Origin: Isurus oxyrinchus
Lineage: Eukaryota
DNA: 64,000 nt
Assembly (NCBI GenBank): GCA_026770705.1
Contig: JANJGN010000016.1
Location: forward strand, 48,856,001 to 48,920,000
Direction of reading: 5' to 3'
Below the pieces are notes generated by a model, which saw nothing but the letters and a program-made list of their open reading frames with translations, was not told the DNA's origin and searched no databases. Below are positions 1 through 13,320 of the stretch, piece after piece; positions within the stretch are counted from its first letter, which is position 1, and the number at the start of each line of letters is the position of its first letter. A program made the translations under genes and the position numbers.

Positions 1-29
1 AGTTCATCCTTTCTCAAGTTTGCTGTGGA

Positions 30-1130
30 GTTTTTTTATTCATTAATGCGGTGCCGCTGGCTAGGTGAGCATTTATTGCCCATCCCTAATTGCCCTTGAG
101 AACGTGGTGGTGAGCTGCTGCCTTGAACGGCTGCAGTACATGTAATGTAAGTACACCCACAGTGCTGTTAGGGTGGGAGTTCCAGGATTTTAACCCAGAC
201 ACAGTGAAGGAACAGCGATATATTTCCACGTCAGGATGGTGTGTGGCTTGGAGGGGTTATTAGAAAATTGGATCGCACAAAAACTGAGGGGTTGGGAAAT
301 AGGCCACCGCTTATAAAGAGGGAAACCAATCAAAGCACTTTTCTGTTTACGGGCTGGTGGTAAGAAGAGAAATTGATGCTATTTAAAGTAAGCCCCCTCC
401 TGCCCAAAACAAGGGGATCTTGGATGGTGTGGTAACCCTATGTGCCTAATGCCCTTTTCCTTTGTGGTGGCAGAGATCATTGTTTAAGAATTGCTCTCAA
501 ATAAGGTTTGGCGAGTTGCTGCAATCCATCTTGTAGTAGGTACACACTACAATCATTGTTCGCTGGGTGATGGAGAGAATGAATGTTTAAGGTGGTGGAT
601 AGGATGCCAATCAGATGGGCTACAATGCCATGGATGATGTTGAGCTACTTGAGTGTTGTTAGAACTGCATCCATTTGAGCAAGTGGAGAGTATTCCATCA
701 AATTTCAACCTTGTGCCTTATAGGTGGTGGGAAGGCTCTGGGGAATCAGGAATTGAGTTGTTTGTCACAGAATCCCCAGCCTCCTACTCTTGTAGACCCA
801 ATATTTATGTGCCTGGTCTAATAAAGTTTCTTGCTAGTGTTGGACTCCCCACCCAAGGTGTTGGTTGTGGTGTATTTGATGATGGTAATGCCATTGATTA
901 TCATGGGAACATGCCCAGACTCTCTTTTTTTGAAAATGATCATTACTTGAAGTTGTGTGATGCCGATGTTACTTGCCACTTATCAGGCCAAGCCTGAGTA
1001 TCAGCCAAGTCTTGTTGCATGAGAAGTCGGGCCGCTTCATTAGCTAAGGAATTGCAAATAGAAAACACCATGCAACATCCCCACTACTAAGGAAAGGCCA
1101 TTGATTATGCAGCTGAATTAGCTGGGCCTA
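30..1130 (-). mobile_element. LINE family A (CR1/L2-group, single-ORF type), 5'-truncated degenerate 3' part, with a ~155 bp unrelated insert at ~257-412
   Basis: Same 3' end as the other copies (cagcatttattgcccatccctaattgcccttgagaa on +); collinear with 32383-33350. Confidence 0.85.
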
Positions 1131-1144
1131 AGACCCTGCCTTAA

Positions 1145-1830
1145 AGAGCCTGCAGATACAGCAAGCATTTAGGAAGGCAAATGGCATTTTGGCCTTCATT
1201 GCAAGTAGATTGGAGTACAGGAATAAGGAAGTCTTGCAGCAATTGTACAGGGTGTTGGTGAGAGCACACCTAGAGTTTCGTGCACCTGGAGTATTTGGCC
1301 TCCATGTTGAAGGAAAGATATACTTGCCTTGGAGGCTGTACAATGAAAATTCACTAGATTGGTCCCAAGGGTAAGGGGGTTGTCCTATGATGAGAGGCTG
1401 AATAAATTAGGCTTACACTTCCTAGAGTTTAGTAGAATGAAAGCTGATCTCATTGAAACATACAAGATTGTGAAGGCGCTTAACAAAGGTAAAGACTGAG
1501 AGGTTGCTTCCCCTGGCAAGTGAATCTAGGAACATGTAGGCACATGCTCAGTATAAGGGGTCATTCATTTAGGACTGAGATGAGAAATTTCTTCACTCAA
1601 AGGGTTGTGAATTTTGGGAATTCTGTGCTGCAGAAGGTTGTAGATGCTCCAATCATTGAATATCTTTAAGGCTGAGTCAGATTTTTGGTGTCTCAGGGAA
1701 TTGAAGGATATGAGTGCGGACAGGAGGTGGAGGAGTTGAGCTTGAAGAACTGCCATGATCGTATTGAATGATGGAGCACGTTTGGGGCCTTATGGTCTAT
1801 TCCTGCTTCTATTTCTTATGTTCCATAACT
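1145..1830 (+). mobile_element. CR1 LINE 3' fragment
   Basis: AFIASRLEYRNKEVLQQLYRVLVRAHLE is a typical CR1 ORF2 C-terminus; ends in a CR1-type 3' tail (ctattcctgcttctatttcttatgttc). Confidence 0.85.
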
Positions 1831-1999
1831 ATTCTAAACCTTTTATTCTGATCCCTGTTCACTTATTTGCTCCCCCACTGAAGCATGCTCCTGTTGTTCT
1901 AATTTAATACATTGCACTGGAGCAATGCAGCAGCATTTTGTGTGACATTATTATTGTTAAGTGAATATTATTATTATTGAATCTAGTATAGATTTTAAT

Positions 2000-2289
2000 T
2001 GATGCTTGCAGCTTTTTATTTCATTGACTTTAACTGACTTTTTGGCCCTAACTTCTGAGCTCCCCATTGCGAGGGTTACCCCAAAGTTGCGCGGGAGAAG
2101 CCCTCCTGGAACTTCAGAGGTAAAGGTTTGCATGGCAATCACCCAGAAGCGCAAATTTCCCCTGGGCGATTGCCAAGCACTGGGAATTATGCAAAAATGC
2201 AACTTAAATCACAAACTTCGATGGTTCTGACAGAGTTACACCAATAGTTAATCAGAAAGAGTAACCTCTTCTAACTTCTTGGTAACTAT
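2000..2289. mobile_element. Non-autonomous DNA element (MITE-like) fragment with internal hairpin
   Basis: Hairpin ggcaatcacccag...ctgggcgattgcc at ~2133-2175; related sequence at ~40830-41070. Confidence 0.45.
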
Positions 2290-2794
2290 TGTAAGGATCC
2301 AGACCTCACCCCTAACTTCACTGAACAGGACCTGTTTCTGATTCTTCTTCTTGTTCCTTGACTCAGCTTAAAGGTCTCCTTGGGACCTTTCTCCTTTTCC
2401 TTTAGGACGTGCTCCCTGCATTTCTCTCTCCCAGTAGACTGCTGACAACTTGGTACCTCCCTTGAGACCCAGAATTCACTCGACATTCACTGTTACTTTA
2501 ACTTTAGGACAACTCATCTAAGATTTGTAGGCCTATTTTCTTCAGCAATCTTTGTTTTAACTTCCTTAAACCACTAACTGCCCCCACCCCTTGAAATGCA
2601 GCTCTCCATTTCACGGGTCGTAAAACCTCAGTAAAATACAGATAAGCAAACAAACTTGCAGGCAACATCCTGAAGTGATCAAAACCCAGGTTTCACCCTT
2701 TTAACCCACAAATAAAAAAAAATTAAACTTAAAAGCTATAGTTTATTTTTAACACGCATACACAAATAACTTAAAACTATCTCTAGTTCCTAAC
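2290..2794. mobile_element. Possible degenerate solo LTR
   Basis: Starts TGTAAGGA and ends TCCTAAC (imperfect terminal inverted repeat); no coding signal; TSD unclear. Confidence 0.35.
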
Positions 2795-3679
2795 TAGAGA
2801 TTGTTGTGAAATATTGGCATGGATTCTGCGATATTTTAGAATAAAATGATGCTAGAAGACATTTTTTTGTGACCTTGGTTTTATAGCATTTACTTCAAAC
2901 CCTTTCCGCCCGTTTTAATATTCTGGGTGCTGCAGCTTGTGTCACTATTGACTACTGATTTGCAGCAGCATGAAATCGCTAAAAACAAAGTTGAATTGCA
3001 GCAAATTGGCAGGTCATTCCTATCTTTCAAAACAATGGAGAGTTTGACTTATGAAACTGAAGAGAAAACAAGCAAAGAAGAAAGGTTGCTTGTATTAATT
3101 GTCCTATGGCTTCTACACAAGTTAGCTAAAGTTGAAACCCATGGAATTGAAGTCAAATTATTGACCTGGTTAGGAAATGGGATGATCGATGGGGGAAAAG
3201 CGAATATAGATAATGGGCAGGTACTCTAATTGGCAAGATGTGATTAACGATGTCCTGCAAGGATCTGTGTTGGGGCCTCAACTATGCACCACATCTGCTA
3301 ATAGCCTAGACGATGGGATAGAAAACCATATATCCAAATTTGCTAATGTTACAAAGGGAGTCGGCATTGTAAGCAGTCTAAGTAGATGGAAGCATTCAAT
3401 TACAAAACATAAATGAAGTGAATTTACAGTGGTAAATGGATTTCAACATAGGCAAATGTGAGGTCATCCACTTTGGACCTCAAAAGGATAGAACAAAGTA
3501 CTTTCTATATGGTGAAAAACTAGAACCTGTGTAGATCCAAACGGACTTGGGGGTCCAGGTATAAAAATCATTAAAATGTCATGAACAGGTACAGAAAATA
3601 ACTAGAGGCTAATGGAATGCTGGCCTTTATATATCTCAAGGACTAGAATATTAGGGGGTAGAAGTAATGCTGTGGCTAT

Positions 3680-4618
3680 TGTTATGACGTGGCAGATGAT
3701 GTGTGCCAGGTGGATCAAATCCTCAAGGGAAACCTGATCACGTGGTCACAAGGATTTAGCAATTTGTATTGTATTTTGTATTTTGTGTGTCCTGAATTCG
3801 GTAGTAATAAGTTTACCAAGACTCTAGACATTTTTTTACATAATTAAACATTTATTGACCAAATAGATTTCAAGCACGTACTTAAGTCTACAAATTACTA
3901 CTACAATAACTCCTAAAACCCTAAGTAATCTGGCTTCCAGTTACACCCCCGTTAAGGCAACAGTAAACAAATAGATCTTAAATATATTCCATCCAGCTAA
4001 CACAATACCCTGGATAGAAGAATTTGAAATGACTATTCCCAGCTTCTGTTTCTGTAGACAGCAACTTAATGCACAATACTGGAGGCTTTTTACACTTCTG
4101 GTAGCTCTTATAGTGCCTTCCTCTGACACACAGCCTTAATCCTTTATACATGTTTCTCCCTTTTAATGCAAATTCCATTGTTCCCATATGCCTTTGGAAC
4201 TTTACCTTTCTCATAATATAAATCAATTAATGGTACTAATATTGTCAGCAACCTTTGGGAAAAATAAATACACTGCTTGGCCTAGCTTCTCTGACTAGGT
4301 GTAACATTCTACCATCTCTTTGAAATTCAAACTACCACGATTTATCCAAAAATGCAAATTCTCCTCACTTCGCCTTCTAAATCTTCAGCCATGTTTACGA
4401 ATTTAACATTTCAAACCTAGCTTCCTTTTGATGAGTTAAAGCCTCCAGACTACCTGTCTCCAATTAAATCCCTCTCATGTGCACACGCGTGTGCGCATGT
4501 GTGCACACACTGCCCCCCCCCCCCCCCCATCCCCCGATTGACCCTGATCCACCTGGCACACATCACCAATTACAATAAAGTGCAATAATATTATGAGAAT
4601 TGTTACACTTTTGTGACA
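3680..4618. mobile_element. Probable solo LTR inserted in CR1
   Basis: TGTTATGA...TTGTGACA termini (TG..CA); flanks CTAT (3676-3679) and TTAT (4619-4622) form an imperfect 4-bp TSD; cleanly splits the CR1; AATAAA on the - strand near 3851. Confidence 0.7.
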
Positions 4619-5017
4619 TTATACAAAACCCTGGCTAGACCACACCTGGGGCATGTGAGCAGTTCTGGGCACCACAGTTTAGGGAGGATATATATGGCCT
4701 AGGGAGGGAGTATATCATAGGTTTAGCATAATGATACCTGGACTCCAAGGGTTAATTTAAAGGAAGAGATTATCAAACTGCAGTTGGACTTCTTCAAATT
4801 TAGAAGGTTAAGGGTTGATTTGATTTATGTTTTCAGGATATGAACGGGAATAGTAGTGTTGTTAGACAGACTTCCAAACCAGCAGAAATAGTTTCTGTGA
4901 CTAGTCTAAAAATTAGAGCCAGATCTTTCAGGAGTGAAATTGGGAACCACTTGCACACACTGGTAGAAATTTCGAACTCTCTCTAGCAAATGGCAATTAA
5001 TGTCAGATCAGTTGTTA

Positions 5018-5559
5018 ATCAACTCTGCCACTGAAGGTGGGTGGAGGTAATGTTTTCTCCCCTATTTGTTAGTTTGTTTGTAAAAGGTATATCTCAAAAA
5101 CTAATGGATGGATTTCAACAGAACTTGGTATACTGATAGGTAATGGCTCAAGGAAGAACAGCTTAGTTTTTGTCAAAGTTGCAGTTCCAAATTCTGGAAT
5201 TTTTTGAAGGATCCGTTAAAATGGGGAGATAGGGTGACTTGACTTATTGGAATGTTGTGGGTTATGTTATTTAGAACGGTGTTGATTGTTTTAAAAGGAT
5301 GTGGATTGTCTCAGCTGCTGTGGTGGGATTTGTCACAGCTGTCAAAATGTGGGCAGTGTTTTCAGAGCAGGTTGTTGCATGTGGATTAGCCTGAAGCTGC
5401 CTCAGTGAGATCTTAATAAAAATAATTCTTTTCTCAGCTTTGTGGTTTCAGAGCATCAACCGGACAGGGAAAAGGCTCAAGGAAGAGCTGCATAAATGTA
5501 ATAACATTGAGTTAACATAGCGTGGCAAATGTATGCACTCTGACTGCCCTCTTCACTTG
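5018..5559 (+). mobile_element. Non-autonomous Helentron-associated (HINE-like) element
   Basis: 5' aactctgcca..ggtggaggtaatgttttc followed by tttgtttg micro-repeats; 3' tggcaaatgt (subterminal inverted match) plus a short hairpin gcactctgactgc; splits a CR1 3' region. Confidence 0.55.
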
Positions 5560-5629
5560 CTATAACCCTGAGATTGATAGTGAAGGGATGTGAGGCGAAA
5601 GCAGGTATATGGACTTAGGTCACACATCA

Positions 5630-6660
5630 GTGTTTTGATCCCCACGGAGACCAGCAAATCAAAGGAATCAAATTTACCAAACAAGCCAACGAAAACAAAT
5701 GGACAAGATTTAACTTTTTTTGGCTTTTATATTAACACTCAAACCAGAATCAACATAAACTAAATATGAATTAACAGTTAAATCACAGTCAGTATATTTA
5801 TAAATGACACATTAAATAGCAGACACAAGATGGATCCCATGGATTTGTTAAGCAGTCCACTCAGCACACAGCACCAATTTCAGCCATAAAGTCATTAAAA
5901 CTCTGATCTTCCTCAGGTAGAATTGCAGTTCCTTTTCTTCAAAGATTTAGCCACCAATCCTCACCCAACAGCAGCTCCCAGTCAACCCAAGTTCCAATTG
6001 TACAACCCTCAACAAAATGGTGTACTTCTCCAGAACCTCCTCAGAACTGCTCATGACGGTCTTGATGACATAGGTTCACCAGTATTATCTTTATCCAAAC
6101 CCTCGGTGACAACCTTTTGCATTGTATGGCCAAGCCTGGTCAGTCAGTTGCTTTAAGTAACAGAAACAGTTGCAGTGACCTTGTATTTGCCTATTGCCAG
6201 CTCCTGGATCTAGCCTTTGTCTTCTTCAAAATGCCTGTATTACACCACGAGGGTGATGTGAGCTCGGGTGGCTCTCTATCTTTGTCTGGTTTAACCAGTT
6301 TCAGTTTCCCCTTCAATTTGTGTCTTGACTCAAAAAATACAAACTTTGAAACCAGGGTCAGTGCACTCAACAGAATATTCCACAAGTCATCTGTTCAGAC
6401 AACAGATTGTACATGCTCCCCCATTATTCCTACAATCCTAGATTCCATCACATCAGCCATGACCTCTTTAGTGAAACAGGCCTGAACTGCTAAATAGCCT
6501 GTAACCTAAGTTCCTAAATGCAACTTCCTGATTTGCATCCTTGATTTGGATAATTACAAAAGTTGTCTTTTTTTAGTTTGTTACTCTAAAAATAAATGCT
6601 TTAAGATTGAACAAAAGAGAAATCTCAAATGAATCCAGAGTAAGGATATCTAAATTACAA
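5630..6660. mobile_element. Possible second solo LTR or unclassified repeat
   Basis: Begins TGTTTTGA right after the CR1 tail and has a layout similar to 3680-4618; candidate end TTACA at ~6659; no clear TSD. Confidence 0.3.
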
Positions 6661-6874
6661 CCCATGCACCCACCTTTAGCCCAAGGTACGTGGCAGTGCA
6701 GCTTTTGAAGCCAAGACAATGCAGACCAAGTTACGCTTGTGTTTCCTGTTTACAATTATATCCAGTTTATATTTTGTAGACTTGGAGATTTAGAAAGGAC
6801 ATTTTTAGAACAACAAAATTTTAGTATAAGTAACTTGATATGTACGGAAATTAAATAAGAACACATTTAATGTT

Positions 6875-8553
6875 TTTTATTCTTTCATGGGATCTGGAGG
6901 TTGCAGGCTAGGCCAGCATTAATTGCCCATCCCTACTTTCCCTTGAGAAGGTGGTGATGAGCCGCTTCTTCAGTGGCTGCAGTCTGAGGTGTACGTGCAC
7001 CCACAGTGTTGCTAGGGAGGGAGTTGCAGGATTTTGACCCAGTGACAGTGAAGGAATAGGACTTCTTGCCCCAAGTCAGGAAGTATGTAACTTGAAGGGG
7101 AACTTGCAAGGGATGATATTCCCAAGTGATAGAGGTCATGGGTTTGGAAGGTGCTATTGAAGGAGCCTTACGGAGTTGCTGCAGTGCATCTTGCAGAAGG
7201 TAATGCACCGGTGGTGGGTGGAGTGTTTAAGGTGGTGTAAGGGGTGCTGATCAAACTGACTGCTTTGTCCTGGATGGTGTTAAACTTCTCGAGTGTTTTT
7301 GGAACTGCATTCACCCAGGCAAGTGGAAAATATTCTATCAAAGTATTCTATCTGACTTGTGCTTTGTAAATGGTGGACATGCCTTGGGGAGGCAGGAAGC
7401 CAGTTACTCACTACAGAATTCCCAGCCTCTGACCTGCTGTTGTAGCCACAGTATTCATGCCTGGTCAATGTTAATCCCCCAGGATGTTAATGGTGGGGAA
7501 TTCGCCAATAGTAATGTCATTGAATGTCAAGAGGAGGTGGTTGGATTTTCTCATGTTGGAGATGGCTATTGCCTAGCACTTATATTGCATGAATGTTACT
7601 TGCCAGCCCAAGCCTGAATGTTGTCCAGTCTTCCTCGATGAGGACACAGATTGCTTTGATATCTGAGGACTTTTAAATGGGATTGAATGCTCTGCAATCA
7701 TCATTGAATGTCCCTGCATCTGACCATGTGATGGAGGGAAGGTCATTGATGAAGTAGTTGAAGATGGTTGAGCCGAGAACACTGGCCTGTGAAACTCTGC
7801 AGCAATGTTGAGGGATTGAGATGATTGGCCTCCAACAACCGCAACCACCTTCCTTTGTGGTAGGTGTGTCTAAAATCAAAGGGGAGTTTTCCCCCGATTC
7901 CCATTGACCTCAATTTCACCAGGGCTGCTTGGTGCCACATCATGTAAAATGCTGTCAAGAACAGTCACACTCTCATCACCTCTGGAATTCTACTCTTTTG
8001 CCACTGTTTGAAACAAAGCTATAATGAGGCCTGGAGTAGAGTGGCATGGTGGAACCCAAGGTTATTCCTGAGTATGTGCCACTTCACAGCACTGTCGACT
8101 ACGGCTTCCATTACTTTGGTTGAGAGTAGACTGATGGGACTGTAATTGGGTCAACTGGGCAACATGTGCCTTTGTTGTTAGTTCTTGCAGTTGCCAGGTG
8201 GACCGTCTGACTTTATTATTTGACTTTCCTGTAGCTATTTAATATAACCAAGTGGCTTGCTCGGCCATTTCAGAGGGCACTAGAGTCAACCATATTGCCG
8301 TGGTCTGAAATTACACACAGGCAAGACTGGGAAAGGACAGCAGATTTCCTTCCCTGAATGGCATTAGTGACTAGATGGCTTTTAACGATAGTCTAATAGT
8401 TTCATGATCATACTGATATTAGTTTTTTATTCAAAATTTATTGAGTTTGAATTCCTCAGCTGTTGTGGAAGGATTCGAACTCATGTCTCTGGAATATTGG
8501 CCCAGGCTTCCAGATTACTAGTCCAGTAACGTTACCATTATGCTATCATTCCC
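6875..8553 (-). mobile_element. LINE family A copy with a large internal deletion (junction ~8160) that retains the tRNA-derived 5' head
   Basis: RT fragment ASVLGSTIFNYFINDLPS...FNDDC. A box TAGCATAATGG (8535-8545, -) and B box GAGTTCGAATCC (8471-8482, -). 8165-8553 is collinear with 54100-54488. Confidence 0.85.
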
Positions 8554-11500
8554 ATTTCTAAAAATTGGTTTTCTTTGGTGTTACTTAAGGGAGTTGATTC
8601 AGTAATGATGAGTAATAATTAGGTGAAGCAGAATTTAGAGGGGGAATAATTGACTACAGCATTCGGACATAAAATGAAGATTAAACATAGATTTCACCGT
8701 CTTTGTTTATTTTGAGTTAATGGTTTGATTTTATATTGTCTATAGTTAAGTAGCAAGGCTTATGGGAAGTGGAAAACTAGTTATTCGGTGCAAAGGGGTT
8801 TCCGTGCAGTGCACAGAGCTGGAAGATACAAAGCCTGAGGCATAATAGTGCCATCACTATCTGGATGATGTAATTATAGTGTGACCAGTTTATGTTAGGA
8901 ATGTCCAAATAGCAATTTGATAATAGGAATAATAGTTCCACAGCAGTAACAAGAGTGTGATATGTAAGGTATTGTGGCCAGGAAGTGTGTGTAGACAGAG
9001 TTTTTAGTATAGCTATGTTGATCCTTTGGAAAACCATTTACATCTCTGGAAAGTAATGTGTTTCTGTATTTCAATAGGCTCAGAAGGTAATTTTGATATT
9101 GGATCTGTATTATACACGCTGCCCTGTGATGACACAATGTCACATTCCACATGCACACTGACCTCACTTGAGCCTCCACTGTCTCTTGATGTCAGTCTGT
9201 TCAACATTCAGTACTGGAAAAACCACAATTTCCCCCAATTTAATATTGAGAAGACTGAAACCAATGTTTTCAGCTTCTGCTGTTACTCAGCTGCTACTTC
9301 AAGATATATATTTTCAGTAGTTTGGCACAATGAAACACTGTTGCTCCAAAAAGGAAATCATTGTGTGCAATGTTTGAAGCAGCACCTCCTGTTTTGGGTT
9401 TGTGCAGCAGTTCTTATCATGGAATGTGATTGGTTTCGTAAGTTGTGTGCAAAATTCAGAGTACATTTAACTTTATATCCCTTCTGTTACCAGCATATTT
9501 CTTCCTTTTGACTCCATTGGTGCCCTTCCTTCCTTCATGCAGTCTACTTTTGTGAGAGGGTGGCCTACAACTCCAAATAAAGTCAGCTCTCTTTGCACCT
9601 CTTTCTTCAGTAGGACTAGTACTCTTCAGCTTCCTGGCTCCAGCCTCATATTTCTTCTGGAGTCCCATCAAACATGGCACATGGCACAAACCTGAGTTGG
9701 AGCTACTGTTACTTTCGGGAGGAACCATTTGAAGCATTGTATGCATACACTGTCCTTTTGCACGCACACACCTGTTTTTCTAAAGTGCATGACATACTCT
9801 TTCTGAAAATGGATATGACAGCTGAGGGACAGTTAAAAGATGTTCACGTTGAACAATTAGGTTATCTTTCACCTTTACAATTTCTCATCCGTGCCGAGTT
9901 GCAGCTTTATCTGATTATCTGCAACTCGGCCAATTGTATTATAGGCCAGGGTCTTTGGACAAGATATTCAAATTTGTGGAGATACTTCTGTTAGAAAATT
10001 TGGAGCAGCTTTTTCTGACTTACTCAATCTACTTTTTGCCATGATTAGAAAACCGGGGGTTAAAAGTATTTGTTGTTCTTTAAATTTGGGTGTTGGTGGC
10101 TTAGAAAACATGATGGTGATTTTGCTTTTACTTTAGGCATATTATAAAAATACATTTCATTTGAAACCTCAAAATATATTTGATTTGGATTTTATTTGCC
10201 AATGTTAAAATATAGTGCGATGAAGACTTGAAAATTAATACTATAGCTTTATCTTACCACTAGGTGGTGTGCATGATTAAAATCCAATAGCTAGCTGATC
10301 ACTAAAGTTTTACTGATTTTGATACATGAAGAAGAATTACCTACGTTTCCTGACCCTCTGAGCAATGAATTTCTCTAGTGTAATTGTACATTGGTATAAA
10401 AGATTCAATAGTTAATATTTTTGGGAGCCACAAAAACTCTTCTAGATATTTCCCTCCCAAACATAGGTTGTATCTGGAGAAAGTATTTTGAGCTGTATAA
10501 CATTGAGGTGAAAGTGTGGTGTTTATGGTATGTCAGTGGTGTGGTTCTGGTGGGATCATAACCTTGGGGCCAGTCAGATAGTACAAACCATGAATGTTTG
10601 GGTACTAGCTCATTTTTAAGTAGGTAATAAATCTATCCAAATTGCTACCCCCACTACTTCAGTGACAGTTTACAGATTAGTTTCAAGCAGCATTAAAAAT
10701 TAGCAATTTAAGCACAAAACAAATATTCAAATCAAAATCCATATTTACACTGAAAAGGAAAAGAACAAATGCCAAACCCCATCACTTGGTATGTACAGGA
10801 ACAGCTGTTTTTCTAATATTAAAACCTTTTTCTTTCACAAACAAAAGCTTTGCTAAAAATGGCTGAATATTTTATTAGAATTTGTCAGTTTGGTGACTGG
10901 GTGGTAATCTGACCAAACAGATTACCCGTTTTGATTTTCATGCCATTGATTTCAAATGGAATGAAAATTTGAGATATCTTCTGTGCATTTTGATGCACCG
11001 TGTGTTAGTATTCAGTTGTATGTGTTTGTAGATGTGAATCATAAAGCTAAGAAGTAAACCATAAAATACAAGAAATGGAACACGTGTTGGAGAAATGTAA
11101 AGGTTGTTTTTCAAACATGTTTCAGTTTCATTTCATCATTTTCACAAGTTTCTCTGCCCATTTTCTGGCTCAATGATCATATTTTTGGCTTTATTTAGCA
11201 ACACACTTTTTCAACTCACTCAGTTTAACGAGAACTTTATCTTATGATCTTGTATATTTTGACTAAGCATGTTGCCATTGAGGACATAACCTAGAACCTC
11301 TATTGTGAGACTGGCCTTCTGAGGCCTGCTGAGTTTAAATTACAACTGAATTTAGAACTTGAGCCTCTAACTACATTGCTTGCTACATCCTGCAACTCTG
11401 GACCCACTACCACACTCCAGCACCATTCTTGCAGAACTGTTATACTGCTATACTGTCTCACTATTGTCATGCCTGGATAGAAATTCTGGACCTATTATTC

Positions 11501-11939
11501 CCTTGCAATATTCCTTCCCTGGCATTTCCTCTTCCAAGCACCCCCAAATATTGGGGGACTCTTGTGACCTCGTATACTGAGATCTTCCTTCCAGTCCTAC
11601 CTGGAACTAGCCAGTGCTCCCAAACATCCGAATCTGACATTACACTTCGCAACTGCTTTTCTTGCAGTAGCACAACTGAGACTTCCCATCCCATTGCTGC
11701 CACAATCTGCTGAATTATGTGCATATCCACTTGTCCTGTGCAAATATTCAACAATCTTCCCATCCAAAAGCACGCAGCCAGCAACACTCTTGCTACATTT
11801 GACCATCCCACTCTAGATTCACTCTCTTAGCACGACCAAACCACTCACATCACATGCTTAACTGTACCATAACACTCAATACATTCAACCTACTTTTCAC
11901 CCACATTAACAATGTCTAGATTATGTCCTATGGTTAGTC

Positions 11940-12612
11940 CAGTTCAGTTATCATTGACCAGAAACTGAGCTGGATTAGCCATATAAATACTGTGTCTTCA
12001 AGAGCAGATCAGAGGCTGGGAATCTTGTGACGAATAACTCACCTCCTGACTCCCCAAAGCCTGTCCACCATCTACAAGGTACAAGTTAAAAGTGTGATGG
12101 AATACTTTGCACCTGCCTGGATGAGTGCAACTCCCACAACACTCAAGAAGCTTGATATCATTGAGGACAAAGCAGCCTGCTTCATTGACACCACGTCCAC
12201 ATTTACTCTCTCCACCACTGATGGACAGTGGCAGCAGTGTATACCATCTACAGGATGCACTGCAAGACTTTACCAAGGCTCCTTAGACAGCACCTTCCAA
12301 GCCCATGACCACTACCACCTAGAAGGACATGGGCAGCCAATAGATGGGAGCACCGTGACCTGGAAGTTCGCCTCCAAGTCACTCACCATCCAGACTTGGA
12401 AATATACCACTGTTCCTTCACTGTTGTTGGGTCAAAATCCTGAAACTCCCTTCCTATCTGCACTGTGGGCATACCTACACCACATGGACTGCAGCAGTTC
12501 AAGAAGGCAGCTCATCACCACCACCACCACCTCAAGGGCAACTAGGGATGGGCAATATATGCTGGCCTAGCTAGTGAAGCTCACATCCTGTAAATGAAAT
12601 GAATAAAAAAAA
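11940..12612 (+). mobile_element. LINE family A 3' fragment
   Basis: MMEYFAPAWMSATPTTLKKLDIIEDKAACFI; ends gctcacatcctgtaaatgaaatgaataaaaaaaa. Confidence 0.85.
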
Positions 12613-12834
12613 ATCTGGAACATCCTCCCTGGACAAGGGAGATGAGAAAGAAAATTAACTACATATTTAAGTAACCGCACGATAGTCAAGCCTACTGAAT
12701 TACACTTTCCAGAAATATCATAGTGGAATATAACCCAAAATACCATTTAGCAATATACTTTGCAATCAAATTACAATTTAACATGTTCAATTATTGTAAA
12801 AGGACAATCCCAATAATATATTGTACATCTGTCA

Positions 12835-13320
12835 GAGATAGCTTTGAAGGAACATTTAAAGGAAAAGTAATCTCAAGTTTAGACCTAGACAACTGAAGAC
12901 ACAGTTACCAGTGGAGGAGCAGTGAAAATCAAGAACGTTAACGAGGCCAGTATTGGAGGACCGCAGAGATTTCTGAGGGTTTGTATGGCTGAACAGCATC
13001 AGAGATATGGATGGATTTGAATACAAGGATGAGCATTTTTAAAATGTAGGCATTGCCAGCCTGGCAGCCACTATGGATCAGTGAACACAGGGATGATAAG
13101 TGAATGGAATTTTATCCAAGTTAAGATATGGACAACATAGTTTTGGATGAACTGAAGTTTACAGAGCGTGGAAGATGAGGCACCAACTGGAAAGGCATTG
13201 GAGTGGTCAAACCCAGAGGTAACAATGGAATGAATGAGAGTTTCAACAGAAGATGAGTTAAGGCAGGGTTGGTAAGGAGTGATATTATGGAAGTGGAGGC
13301 AGATGGGCTTGGGGTGATTT
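12835..13320 (-). mobile_element. L2 LINE 3' fragment
   Basis: Degenerate L2 ORF2 C-terminus (LKLSFIPLLPLGLTTPMPFQLV..), homologous to 58200-58430 and 28940-29320. Confidence 0.65.

Larger units (their letters stand above)
3105..5630 (+). mobile_element. CR1 LINE RT/3' region, interrupted by an LTR-like insert (3680-4618) and a Helentron-like insert (5018-5559)
   Basis: VLQGSVLGPQL...ISKFAN (degenerate PQG/FADD region). The CR1 frame EVMLWLYKTL.RPHL is restored when 3680-4622 is removed. Confidence 0.85.

Noticed and set aside
8471-8545. Functional tRNA gene
   Set aside because: A and B boxes are present but there is no convincing cloverleaf; it is the head of a retroelement.
9026-9511. 161-aa ORF
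   Set aside because: Contains a decayed L2 RT fragment (NFPQFNIEKTETNVF) plus unique sequence; no splice or homology support.
11300-11930. Overlapping short ORFs as a possible transposase remnant or host exon
   Set aside because: No motif I can support and no FAF1 similarity.
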